Assembly: GCA_040877275.1 (NCBI GenBank)
Contig: JBBDOA010000116.1
Span: 16,695-80,694, forward strand
DNA length: 64,000 bases
Direction of reading: 5' to 3'
Origin: Rhodospirillales bacterium
GTDB taxonomy: Bacteria; Pseudomonadota; Alphaproteobacteria; Rhodospirillales; Casp-alpha2
Made by a program: the position numbers and the translations under genes. Positions 1 through 9,251 of the stretch are shown here, piece by piece (position 1 is the stretch's first letter; every line of letters begins with the position of its first letter). The notes under the pieces were generated by a model. The model worked only from the letters and a program-made list of their open reading frames with translations. It had not been told where the DNA came from and searched no databases.

Positions 1-1
1 T

Positions 2-1204
2 ACCATCAAGATTGCCGAGCGGATCAAGCGTATCGAGGCGTCGGCCAGTTCCGTCGCCTCGCAGAAAGCCCGCGCCATGAAGGCCGAAGGCAAGGACGTG
101 ATCGCGCTGTCCGCCGGCGAGCCGGATTTCCCGACCCCGGCGCATGTCATCGAGGCTGCTTTCGAAGCAGCGAAAGCCGGCGAGACCCGCTACACCAATG
201 CCGCCGGCACCCCGGCGCTGAAGCAGGCGGTGATCGACAAGTTCAAGCGCGAGAACGGGCTCAGCTACTCGATGGACGAGGTGATGGTCGGTTCCGGCGG
301 CAAACAGCTTCTGTTCGATGCCCTTGTCGCCACGGTCGAGGAAGGGGACGAGGTCATCATCCCGGCACCGTACTGGATTTCCTATGTCGATCACGTCAAG
401 TTCTCGGGCGGCACACCGGTGATCGTGCCGACCACGGTGGCCAACGAATTCAAGCTGACGCCTGCCGATCTCGAAGCGGCGATCACGGCCAATACGCGCT
501 GGCTGATCCTGAACTCGCCGTCGAACCCGTCGGGCGCTGTCTATGACAAAAAAGACCTGAAGGGTCTGGCCGAGGTTTTGCTGAGGCATCCCCACGTCGC
601 CATCTTTGCCGACGATATCTATGAGCACATCATTTTCGACGGTGCCGAGTTTTCAACCATCGCCGCCGTCGAGCCGGCCCTGAAAGACCGCACCGTGACC
701 ATGAACGGCGCGTCCAAGGTCTATTCCATGACCGGCTGGCGGATCGGGTATTGCGGGGGTCCGGCGGTGCTGATCAGGGAAATGACCAAGCTGCAGCAGC
801 AGGTCACGGGCTCCAATTCGTCTGTCAGTCAGGCGGCGGCACTGGCGGCTTTGAACGGGCCGCAGGATTTCGTGCCGAAGAACACGAAAAGCTTTCAGGA
901 CCGCCGCGATCTGGTGGTCTCGATGATCAATCAGGCGAAGGGCCTGAAATGCCCGACACCAAAGGGCGCGTTCTATGTGTTCCCGAGCTGCGCCGAACTG
1001 ATCGGCAAGAAGACGCCCGCAGGCAAGGTGATCGAAACCGATACCGATCTCGTCCTGTATTTCCTGGAAAGCGAAGGCGTCGCGGTGGTGCAGGGCGCGG
1101 CCTACGGGATGTCACCGTTTTTCCGGATTTCCTATGCCGCTTCCGAGGATGAATTGCGCAGTGCCTGCGAACGCATCCAGCGAGCCTGCGCCCAACTCAG
1201 CTGA
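2..1204 (+). CDS. Aspartate aminotransferase (PLP-dependent class I/II), 5' end truncated by window edge
   Basis: Frame open from base 2 (TIKIAERIKRIEASAS...); motifs AGEPDF, NSPSNPSG, DDIYEH, SKVYSMTGWRIG (PLP lysine). Confidence 0.93.
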   Translation, partial: TIKIAERIKRIEASASSVASQKARAMKAEGKDVIALSAGEPDFPTPAHVIEAAFEAAKAGETRYTNAAGTPALKQAVIDKFKRENGLSYSMDEVMVGSGGKQLLFDALVATVEEGDEVIIPAPYWISYVDHVKFSGGTPVIVPTTVANEFKLTPADLEAAITANTRWLILNSPSNPSGAVYDKKDLKGLAEVLLRHPHVAIFADDIYEHIIFDGAEFSTIAAVEPALKDRTVTMNGASKVYSMTGWRIGYCGGPAVLIREMTKLQQQVTGSNSSVSQAAALAALNGPQDFVPKNTKSFQDRRDLVVSMINQAKGLKCPTPKGAFYVFPSCAELIGKKTPAGKVIETDTDLVLYFLESEGVAVVQGAAYGMSPFFRISYAASEDELRSACERIQRACAQLS

Positions 1205-1210
1205 GCGTGA

Positions 1211-2398
1211 TCAAGTCTGTTCTTTGGGTGCAGGCGTCAGCATGTCGATGACGAACGCCAGCGCGATGGCGGCGGCGCTGATCTGAAACAGCACGTCATA
1301 GTGGCCGGTAATCTCGTATATATAGGAAAAAGCATAGGCGGCACCCGCCTGGCCGACGGAAAAGCCGACGGTGGCGTAGCTCCAGGCGCTGCGCTGCAGG
1401 GCAGCGTCGGTGCCGCTCATCTGATGGGCGCGGCCGACGATCAGCGGCACGATGCCGGGTACAAGGGCACCGACCAGGAAACTGGATAGCGACAATGTCA
1501 GATGTGAAGAACCGGCCACGGTCAGGGCAACGGCCAGGGACTGTACGAACAGGAAAATCCTGAGCGTTGCGCGAAAGCCGATCCTGTCGGCGATTTTGCC
1601 GGCGGCGAGTGGTCCGAGCGCAGCACCGATGCCGAAGATGACCCAGTATCCGGAGCCGACGGCGATGCCGAGCTTCAACTCCCGGGCTGCATAATCGACC
1701 AGAAACACCATGTGCGCGACCATGCCGACGGCAGCCAGGGCATAGACCACATACAGGCTTGAGAACGCCGGGCTGAAGGCCGAGCGGCGTGCATGTGTGG
1801 TCGGCGGCGTCTGGGCCGGGCCATCCGTCATCGGCCAGTAACGCCAGGCGGCGAGGCTTAAAATCAGCGAGATGATGCCGAGCCCTGCCCATGTTTCCAT
1901 AACGCCGATATGGATCAGTGCCGGCACCAGCGTGCCGCTGAGCGCGATGCCGAGGCCGACACCGGTAAAGATGATGCCGCCGGCTAGCCCGCGCTTCGAT
2001 GCCGGAACATGCGGCAGCACGGTTGCCGCCGCCATCACCATCAGCACGCCGCCGCTGACCCCGGCCAGAAAGCGCCAGACGAAAAACCACACGAAGGATA
2101 CCGGCTGCATGCAGGCGAAGAACGAAACGACCGCCAGCAGCATCATGAAGCGGAGTAGCCGGTGCGGGGCAAAGTGCGTCGCCAGCCACTTGCCGCCGAG
2201 CGCACCCGCAAGATAGCCGGCCAGATTGGCGGCACCCAGATAGATGGCGGTGATTTCGGCAAACCATCCGGCTTCGATCAGGGTCGGCAGCAAGGGGGTG
2301 TAGGCAAAGCGGGCGAGGCCGATGCCAACCAGCGACGCGGCCAACCCGGCCAGAGCAAAAGGCAGCCAGGTCTGTGTCGTGGAGGTGTTATTGCTCAT
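1211..2398 (-). CDS. MFS transporter, YbfB/YjiJ family
   Basis: GIGLARFAYTPLLP and ANLAGYLAG N-terminal motifs, about 12 hydrophobic segments; start taken at MSNN. Confidence 0.85.
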   Translation of the reverse strand: MSNNTSTTQTWLPFALAGLAASLVGIGLARFAYTPLLPTLIEAGWFAEITAIYLGAANLAGYLAGALGGKWLATHFAPHRLLRFMMLLAVVSFFACMQPVSFVWFFVWRFLAGVSGGVLMVMAAATVLPHVPASKRGLAGGIIFTGVGLGIALSGTLVPALIHIGVMETWAGLGIISLILSLAAWRYWPMTDGPAQTPPTTHARRSAFSPAFSSLYVVYALAAVGMVAHMVFLVDYAARELKLGIAVGSGYWVIFGIGAALGPLAAGKIADRIGFRATLRIFLFVQSLAVALTVAGSSHLTLSLSSFLVGALVPGIVPLIVGRAHQMSGTDAALQRSAWSYATVGFSVGQAGAAYAFSYIYEITGHYDVLFQISAAAIALAFVIDMLTPAPKEQT

Positions 2399-2479
2399 CG
2401 GCGGGCTCGTTTCATGTCGGCACAATAGAGTCCGATTAGAAATACTGTTGTAATATCAATGGATTACTATTTCATTGAC

Positions 2480-2524
2480 CGTCATCCCCGCGAAGGCGGG
2501 GTCCCCGCCTTCGCGGGGATGACG
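2480..2524. repeat. REP-like palindrome (CGTCA-ended family A), perfect 22-bp inverted repeat
   Basis: cgtcatccccgcgaaggcgggg-t-ccccgccttcgcggggatgacg. Confidence 0.85.
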
Positions 2525-2641
2525 AGGTGTTATAAATATAGTTGTTGCAACTCATTGTTACCAATTCAAAACTTTCGGATCAGATGCTGTCCCGACAAAA
2601 ATGATTGGCGCTCGGTCCTTTGAATTGGATACCCTCCGATA

Positions 2642-3052
2642 ATGTTTGAACTGCATCCAACCCTGGCCAAAGACAGTCTGCCGATCAGCGATGATGCGGT
2701 GTTCATGATCCGCCTGATCAACGATGCCCGATTTCCGTGGGTGCTGATTATCCCGAAGCGGGCCGGGGCGCAGGAGTTGCATGATCTTCCGGCCGATATG
2801 TTCGATCAGGCGATGCACCTGTCAGGACGGCTTGGCCGGATCATGAAGACCGCGTTCAGGGCCGACAAGATCAACACCGCGGCCATCGGCAATATGGTCG
2901 AACAACTGCACATTCATGTTGTTGCCCGCAGCCTGGGCGATGCCGCATGGCCGGCACCGGTATGGGGGTCCGGCCCGATGCAGCCGCTCGGCGATGCCGA
3001 GGCGGCGACACGGATCACGCTGATACGGGATGGCCTTGCAGGGCCTGGGTAA
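2642..3052 (+). CDS. HIT family protein
   Basis: FELHPTL, NDARFPW, KINTAAIGNMVEQLHIHVVAR, AWPAPVW. Confidence 0.85.
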   Translation: MFELHPTLAKDSLPISDDAVFMIRLINDARFPWVLIIPKRAGAQELHDLPADMFDQAMHLSGRLGRIMKTAFRADKINTAAIGNMVEQLHIHVVARSLGDAAWPAPVWGSGPMQPLGDAEAATRITLIRDGLAGPG

Positions 3053-3905
3053 TTTTGGCGATCTCGAAAAAGGCGTCAATCATGCGCGCATTGCGTCGTT
3101 CCATCAGGCAGTTGACGTGTGCGGTGGTGTAGATATCGGCGTCCGAAACCTCAAGAGCGTGCAGATCGGGATGCGCGATGAATTCGATATCCGAAACCAT
3201 ACCGATGCCGATGCCCTTGGCGACGGCCAGCCAGACGGCTTCACGGCTGCCGATCTCCATCACCGGATTAATACTGACGCCATGCTTCCTGAGTGCCGCT
3301 TCCAGGGCCAGACGTGTTGTCGAGCCGCGCTCGCGCAGCACCATGCGTTCGCCCTCAAGCTCGGCAATGCGGATCTGTTTTTTTCTGAAAAACCGGTGCG
3401 ACTTGTTGACGAAGATGACCACCTTGTGGCGGCTGTAGGGCATGGCAAAAATATGCGGGTCATCCTCGATGTGGGCCAGTACGGCGACATCGGCCGAATA
3501 GTCGAGCAGCTTGTTGACCATCTCGCGGGAGTTGCCGACGGTGACGGCGAGGTGAATGCCCGGATAACGCTCTGAAAATGCGCTGAGCATCTCCGTGGCG
3601 TGGAACGGACCGACGGCACCGACCCTGAGCGTGCCGGTATGGAAACCGCCAAAGGCATTCAGGACGTCGCGGGCCTCGCCTTCCAGATCAATGATCCGGC
3701 GCGTAATCACGAACAGGGCCTCGCCGGCCTCGGTCAGGGTGACTTCACGGCCCCGGCGATGGAACAGCTCTACCTTGAACATGTCCTCAAGGGCGCGAAC
3801 CTGACTGGTCAGCGTCGGCTGACCGACGTTGAGAACGCGCGATGCCGCGGTAAAGCCCCTTTCGGTGGCGACGGCGTGGAAGGATCTGAGTTGTGTAAAT
3901 ATCAT
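3015..3905 (-). CDS. LysR-family regulator, phosphonate-catabolism-associated type
   Basis: LysR HTH; GNSREM, LRERGSTTR, MEIGSREA and CLMERRNARMIDAFF resemble the aminoethylphosphonate-associated LysR clade (recalled as TIGR03339, needs HMM check); divergent from phnD. Confidence 0.85.
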   Translation of the reverse strand: MIFTQLRSFHAVATERGFTAASRVLNVGQPTLTSQVRALEDMFKVELFHRRGREVTLTEAGEALFVITRRIIDLEGEARDVLNAFGGFHTGTLRVGAVGPFHATEMLSAFSERYPGIHLAVTVGNSREMVNKLLDYSADVAVLAHIEDDPHIFAMPYSRHKVVIFVNKSHRFFRKKQIRIAELEGERMVLRERGSTTRLALEAALRKHGVSINPVMEIGSREAVWLAVAKGIGIGMVSDIEFIAHPDLHALEVSDADIYTTAHVNCLMERRNARMIDAFFEIAKITQALQGHPVSA

Positions 3906-4245
3906 TGCTTTTTTAGATATATATCATCTTAATTATGAATTTGTCCAATAGTTAGACTCGCTTCATCATCCTTCAGTCTGATGGCTTTAAAGTCGACCGC
4001 TAAAAATCGACAGGCACAGACTGGGAGAAACAATGAAAGACCCCGCGAGCATTTTTTGCGCTATCCGTGGCCGTTCTCGTTTCAGAGACGGCATGCGTGC
4101 GGACAGTGTCATCTGTCGGCGAACCCCACTGAGTGTTCAGAACAGGGGCCACGCCCAATATTCCAAAAAAGGAAATAAAAAGGAAACAGTCTGCCGGTGA
4201 TCATGCCGGCGACAAGCATACAGTCATTTTAACGGGAGACATCCA

Positions 4246-5160
4246 ATGACATCTAACAAGCATGTTTTCGGCGTGGTCGGTTTGGCTGCAGTGATCGGTC
4301 TGGCCTTCACGGGTTCGGCCAAAGCGGCAGAGTGTGAAAATCCTGATGCGCTGACGTTTGCAATCGTACCGACCGAGGAATCGGTTGCTGAATTGACACT
4401 CTACAAACCGGTTACCGACCGCATGGCCAGACTGACCGGCAAGAAAATCCAGTTCTTCATGCCGACCTCCTATGCATCCGTGGTTGAGGGCATGCTGAGC
4501 AAGTTCGTCGACGTCGCCGTGCTTGGGCCGTACGCCTATATCATTGCCAATGAAAAGGACAAGAACGTCGAGGTCTTTGCCACATACGCCAAGAAAAAGG
4601 GCGTGATGCAGGAAGAGGGCCCGGGTTACAAGGCGGCCCTGATCAGCAAGAAAGGGTCAAAATTCACGACCATCGAGTCCCTGAAAGGGGCAACGGTCGG
4701 CCTGACCGATCCGGGCAGCACGTCCGGCGAACTGATGCCGCGTGTTGTTTTCGGCAGGGTCATCGGCACGGATATTTCGAATTACTTCGGTAAAACCCCC
4801 TATACGGGCAGCCACGAGCTGTCGGCGGTCGCTGTCATGAAAGGCACCGTTGATGCGGCTTTCGTTGCGACGCACCGTTTTGACAATGTCGTTGCCAAGG
4901 GCGAAACCAGCCTCGACGACGTCAATGTGCTGTGGATGTCAAAGCCGGTTCCGCAAGACCCGTTCGTTTATCGGGGCACCCTGTGCGAAGACCTCAAGGC
5001 TAAAATTCGCGACACGTTCCTTGGCCTTTCCCAGGAATCCGCTGCGAAGAAATTCCTTGAAAACGTGAAATCGGAAAAATTCGTGCCGATGTCGTCCGAG
5101 GATTACGATATCATCCGCGATCTGAAAAAAGCCAAAGACGAGCTCAAAAAGAAAAGCTGA
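4246..5160 (+). CDS. phnD: Phosphonate/phosphite-type ABC transporter substrate-binding protein
   Basis: Signal peptide; PTSYASVVE, DPGSTSG, GSHE, PQDP motifs; RBS gggag. Confidence 0.9.
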   Translation: MTSNKHVFGVVGLAAVIGLAFTGSAKAAECENPDALTFAIVPTEESVAELTLYKPVTDRMARLTGKKIQFFMPTSYASVVEGMLSKFVDVAVLGPYAYIIANEKDKNVEVFATYAKKKGVMQEEGPGYKAALISKKGSKFTTIESLKGATVGLTDPGSTSGELMPRVVFGRVIGTDISNYFGKTPYTGSHELSAVAVMKGTVDAAFVATHRFDNVVAKGETSLDDVNVLWMSKPVPQDPFVYRGTLCEDLKAKIRDTFLGLSQESAAKKFLENVKSEKFVPMSSEDYDIIRDLKKAKDELKKKS

Positions 5161-5167
5161 GCTCTCC

Positions 5168-5220
5168 GGGCGGCCGGTTTTCCTGGTTGCACATCGACAA
5201 TCGGTCGCCCGCTTTCTTTG
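5168..5220 (+). terminator. Intra-operon stem-loop after phnD (partial terminator or mRNA stabiliser)
   Basis: gggcggccggtt...aatcggtcgccc followed by T-rich tract. Confidence 0.45.
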
Positions 5221-5267
5221 TTCATTGATTATAACCGCCTCACAAGAGACGACGGGATAGCTTTAAC

Positions 5268-6020
5268 ATGACTGTATTAAAAGTCAGCGATCTGCGAGCA
5301 CGCTATAGCGCCAGCGGACCGGAAATCCTGAAGGGTATTTCCTTCGAGGTCGAAGATAACGATTTCTTCGCGATCATCGGGCCAAGCGGTGCCGGCAAGT
5401 CGACCCTGATACGCTGTATCAACAGACTGGTTGAGCCGACGTCCGGCACAATCATCTTCGACGGGCGCAACGTGACGACCCTGAATCGCCGTGATCTGCG
5501 CCGGGTGCGCCGTGACATCGGCATGATCTTCCAGGAATTCAATCTCATCAACCGGATGAGCGTGATGGATAACGTGCTGTCGGGCAGGCTCGGCTATACG
5601 TCGGATATCAGGGCCCTGTTCAGGGCGTTTCCGCGCAAGGATATCGAACATGCGCTGATGCTGCTGGAACGGGTCGGTCTGATGGACCATGTCGACAAGC
5701 GCGCCGACGAGTTGTCCGGCGGGCAGCGCCAAAGGGTCGGTATCGCCCGGGCGCTGATGCAGAATCCCAAACTGATGCTGCTGGACGAGCCGACCTCGGC
5801 GCTGGATCCGAAGATCTCGCGCGAGGTTATGGAACTGATCAAGCAGATGGCGCAGGAACTGAAAGTGCCGTGTCTCTGCAATATTCACGACGTCCAGCTG
5901 GCAACCGAATTCTGTAACAAGATCATCGGTCTGCAGGATGGCGTCACGATGTTCTCGGGCCCGACCGAGCAAATGGACGAAGCGAAGCTTGGCGAGATTT
6001 ATGCCATGGAAGTGTTGTAG
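5268..6020 (+). CDS. phnC: Phosphonate ABC transporter ATP-binding protein
   Basis: [44 protein letters not shown]. Confidence 0.92.
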   Translation: MTVLKVSDLRARYSASGPEILKGISFEVEDNDFFAIIGPSGAGKSTLIRCINRLVEPTSGTIIFDGRNVTTLNRRDLRRVRRDIGMIFQEFNLINRMSVMDNVLSGRLGYTSDIRALFRAFPRKDIEHALMLLERVGLMDHVDKRADELSGGQRQRVGIARALMQNPKLMLLDEPTSALDPKISREVMELIKQMAQELKVPCLCNIHDVQLATEFCNKIIGLQDGVTMFSGPTEQMDEAKLGEIYAMEVL

Positions 6021-6023
6021 ATC

Positions 6024-6860
6024 ATGGCTATGAACACCCGTCTTGACGCTGCCGATTATCGCCTGCAGGCAGACGGCGTTGTCGAAAAACGCCGCCGCAG
6101 CCGATATATATCCGGTGGGGTCTACGCGTTACTGCTGGGTCTGGTGATCTGGAGTGTCGACGTTACCATCATCCAGGACACGGACTGGGAACGGATGGGT
6201 TCGCTGGGCCAGGTTCTGGAATCGGTGAACCGCTTTATCGGCTTCGATGCCGGCGTCTTCAGCGACTTGCTGGTGCCGACCATCGAGACGCTGCTGATCG
6301 CCTGTTTCGGCACATTCCTCGGTCTGATCCTGTGTATCCCGGCGGCCTGGTTCGGGGCCATGAATATCACCCCTTACAAGCCGGTCACGTATCCGCTTGC
6401 CCGGTTGATGATGACCCTCAGCCGGTCCATTCATGAAATCGTCTGGGCGCTGTTCTTCGTCTCCGTGGTCGGTCTTGGTGCCATGGCCGGGGTTCTGGCA
6501 ATTGCTGTCCGTTCCGTCGGCTTTATCGCCAAGATGACGGCCGAAGCGATCGAGGATATCGATTACGGGCCGGTCGAAGCGATCCGCGCGGTCGGCGGCT
6601 CGCCGTTTCAGGTGATCCTTTACGCCATCCTGCCGCAGGTGCTGCCGCAGATCGTCAGCGTTGTCATCTTCGAATGGGAAATCAATATTCGCCGTTCGGC
6701 GGTGCTCGGACTGGTCGGAGCCGGCGGTCTCGGCCTTGTCTTCTTCAGGCAGATGAACACCTACAACTATCACGGCGTGACGACGGTCATCCTCGCCATA
6801 CTTCTCATCATTATTGTCGGCGAGGTGGTGTCTTACTTCATCCGCCGCCGCCTGATCTAG
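6024..6860 (+). CDS. phnE: Phosphonate ABC transporter permease
   Basis: RSIHEIVWAL, EAIRAVG, WEINIRRSAVLGLVGAGGLG. Confidence 0.9.
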   Translation: MAMNTRLDAADYRLQADGVVEKRRRSRYISGGVYALLLGLVIWSVDVTIIQDTDWERMGSLGQVLESVNRFIGFDAGVFSDLLVPTIETLLIACFGTFLGLILCIPAAWFGAMNITPYKPVTYPLARLMMTLSRSIHEIVWALFFVSVVGLGAMAGVLAIAVRSVGFIAKMTAEAIEDIDYGPVEAIRAVGGSPFQVILYAILPQVLPQIVSVVIFEWEINIRRSAVLGLVGAGGLGLVFFRQMNTYNYHGVTTVILAILLIIIVGEVVSYFIRRRLI

Positions 6861-6870
6861 GGAGGACGGC

Positions 6871-7713
6871 ATGGCCTCAGAACAAACGATGTCCGTCAAC
6901 AAACCCGCCAGGCGGCAGTGGCGCCGCTTCAAGTATCCGCAATCGCTGTATTCGTATAGTGCCTGGCTGATTGTCTTCGGTGTGATCGTCTTCAGCATCG
7001 AGTTTCTGAACATTCCTCTGGACCGCCTGTTCGGTATCATGGGACGCATGGGTGATATCCTGGCGGCGCGATACTATCCGCCGGATATCGAATACATCAT
7101 GGACCGTGATTATCTCGGTTATGTCGTCGAGACGATCCAGATGGCCTATCTGGGCGCCCTGTTCGGATTGCTGATCGCCGTGCCTGTGGCGTGGTGTGCT
7201 TCCTACAACCTGACGCCCAGCCGCCGCTATGTCTATCCGGTGGCGAGACTGTTTTCCATGGCCTGCCGCGCCGTGCACGAAACGATCTGGACCATTCTGT
7301 TCGTCTCGATCCTCGGCTTCGGGATGCTGCCCGGCGTGCTCGCGCTGACTTTGTTCAGCGCCGGTTTCGCCATCAAACTTATGTCGGAAGAAATCGAATC
7401 CGTAAATATGGGGCCGGTCGAGGCGATGCGCGCGACCGGGGCCAACCTGTTTCAGGTCGTGATTTTCGGTGCCTGGCCGCAGCTCCGCGTCGCCTTTACC
7501 GGTATCGCGATCTACACCTGGGATGTCGCATTCCGGGCGGCGACTGTGGTCGGGTTCTTCGGTGCCGGCGGTATGGGCTGGTATCTGAAGCGCAACGTCT
7601 TGCAGATCGAAACCGAGCGGGTTGCTGCGATCATCCTGTCGATCATTGTCCTGGTCATTATTTCCGAAGCCTTGTCGGCCTGGGCACGCAATACCGTCAT
7701 GAAGATGAAGTAA
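6871..7713 (+). CDS. phnE: Phosphonate ABC transporter permease (second)
   Basis: EAMRATGA, WDVAFRAATVVGFFGAGGMG; RBS ggagg. Confidence 0.9.
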   Translation: MASEQTMSVNKPARRQWRRFKYPQSLYSYSAWLIVFGVIVFSIEFLNIPLDRLFGIMGRMGDILAARYYPPDIEYIMDRDYLGYVVETIQMAYLGALFGLLIAVPVAWCASYNLTPSRRYVYPVARLFSMACRAVHETIWTILFVSILGFGMLPGVLALTLFSAGFAIKLMSEEIESVNMGPVEAMRATGANLFQVVIFGAWPQLRVAFTGIAIYTWDVAFRAATVVGFFGAGGMGWYLKRNVLQIETERVAAIILSIIVLVIISEALSAWARNTVMKMK

Positions 7714-7762
7714 TACCTTAACAATGCTGTCGGTGTGAGCCGGTAAACTGGAGAATAAGAAA

Positions 7763-8857
7763 ATGACAAAGACTGGTCGTGCTGTCGTCTATGATGCGCC
7801 GAACGCACCGTTCAAAATTCGCGACTATCCGGTCCGCGATGTTGCAATCGATGAAGCACTGGTGCGGATCACCATGTCGACGATCTGTCGCTCCGACATT
7901 CATTCCTATCAGGGGCATCGGCCTAACCCGTGCCCCGGTATCCTCGGGCATGAAATCGTTGGTGTTATCGAGCAACTCGGCAAAACCATCACCCACGATA
8001 TGCGTGGCGACAAGCTGAACATCGGCGACCGGGTGACGTGGACGGAATTTTTCCATCACGGTCCGTCCTATTACCGCGATGTGCACGATATGCCGCAGAA
8101 ATCAAAGGGGCTCAGGAAATACGGCCACGATCTGGCCGAAGAAGACCCGCATTTTCTCGGTGGCTTCGCTGAGTACTGCTATATCCTGCCCGGAACAGGT
8201 ATTCTGAAACTGCCCGACGGGATCACCGATGAAGAGGCGACGCCGCTGAATTGCGGTGTGGCAACGATGATTTCCGTAACCGAAGCCGCCGCCATCGATA
8301 TCGGCGATACCGTCGTCGTGCAGGGGCTTGGTCTGCTTGGCCTATATGGTTGCGCCATCGCCAAGGCCAGAGGTGCCCGCAAGGTGATCGGACTGGACGG
8401 GGTCGCCAGTCGTCTTGATCTGGCCCGCCGTTTCGGTGCCGATGTCACTTTTGATATTTCAAAGATGAGCACCGATGATCTGGTCGCAGCGGTAAGGGCT
8501 GAATGCCCACCGGACGGTGCCGACGTCGCGATCGAGGTGTGCGGCTATGCCGACGCCGTGCCGGTCGGCGTTCGGATGCTCAGGGTCGGCGGCTGTTACG
8601 TGATCGCTGGCCTGGTCAGTCCCGACGCCAATTTCACCATAGACGGCAATCTGATCCTGCGCGGCTGGATCAACATCAAAGGGGTGCATAACTATCACCC
8701 CCGGCACCTGATCCAGGCGCTCGACTTCGTCATGAGCAACAAGGACCGGTTCCCGTTCGCAGACATGGTCGATTCGAAATTTTCCCTCGACCAGCTCGAC
8801 GAGGCGTTTGCCCGCGCTGCCGACCGCAGTGTGCTGCGGGCTGCAATCGTGCCCTGA
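7763..8857 (+). CDS. Zn-dependent (MDR) alcohol dehydrogenase, phosphonate-cluster-associated type
   Basis: ICRSDIH, GHE, PLNCGVAT catalytic Zn ligands; GLGLLG Rossmann; PQK..LRKYGH and GVHNY resemble the clade recalled as TIGR03366. Confidence 0.85.
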   Translation: MTKTGRAVVYDAPNAPFKIRDYPVRDVAIDEALVRITMSTICRSDIHSYQGHRPNPCPGILGHEIVGVIEQLGKTITHDMRGDKLNIGDRVTWTEFFHHGPSYYRDVHDMPQKSKGLRKYGHDLAEEDPHFLGGFAEYCYILPGTGILKLPDGITDEEATPLNCGVATMISVTEAAAIDIGDTVVVQGLGLLGLYGCAIAKARGARKVIGLDGVASRLDLARRFGADVTFDISKMSTDDLVAAVRAECPPDGADVAIEVCGYADAVPVGVRMLRVGGCYVIAGLVSPDANFTIDGNLILRGWINIKGVHNYHPRHLIQALDFVMSNKDRFPFADMVDSKFSLDQLDEAFARAADRSVLRAAIVP

Positions 8858-8871
8858 TCTGAAGCCGCTGA

Positions 8872-9129
8872 TTACTCGAACATCGCCCGCAGGTTAAGGA
8901 AATGCATCCCGGCACCGATACAGAGATAGAGAAAACTGCCGATACCGGCAAACATCGAGAAATTAAACGGTGGCGTATCCTCTTTTGAGGTCAGGCAGAT
9001 GATGAGCGAGAGGACACAGACAACGGCACCGATGATCCATGCCTGCACGCTGTATTTTGCAGCCCATGCGGCAAGCCCCGAGAGATACAAAGCCAATATA
9101 AATAATGCTGCAAGTTGGTTCGCGGACAT
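8872..9129 (-). CDS. Small hypothetical membrane protein (about 85 aa, about 3 TM)
   Basis: ORF from MSANQ with three hydrophobic segments. Confidence 0.55.
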   Translation of the reverse strand: MSANQLAALFILALYLSGLAAWAAKYSVQAWIIGAVVCVLSLIICLTSKEDTPPFNFSMFAGIGSFLYLCIGAGMHFLNLRAMFE

Positions 9130-9251
9130 CGGGGGTTTCTTGACGTCAGTTTCTGATATGCCGGCCACGACGAGGCAGCCCATTATGAATAGATAATAAT
9201 CCGGGGGAACGGAAGCGGAAAAACGTTTTTGCCTCCGGCAACCAGATTGCG

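Noticed and set aside
4033-4200. 55-codon ORF with GGGAG RBS in the phnD leader
   Set aside because: No recognisable protein features and atypical codon usage; cannot be supported without conservation data.
3015-8857. C-P lyase or phosphite oxidation (ptxD) operon
   Set aside because: No phnG-M genes; the dehydrogenase is an MDR Zn enzyme, not the D-2-hydroxyacid family of PtxD.
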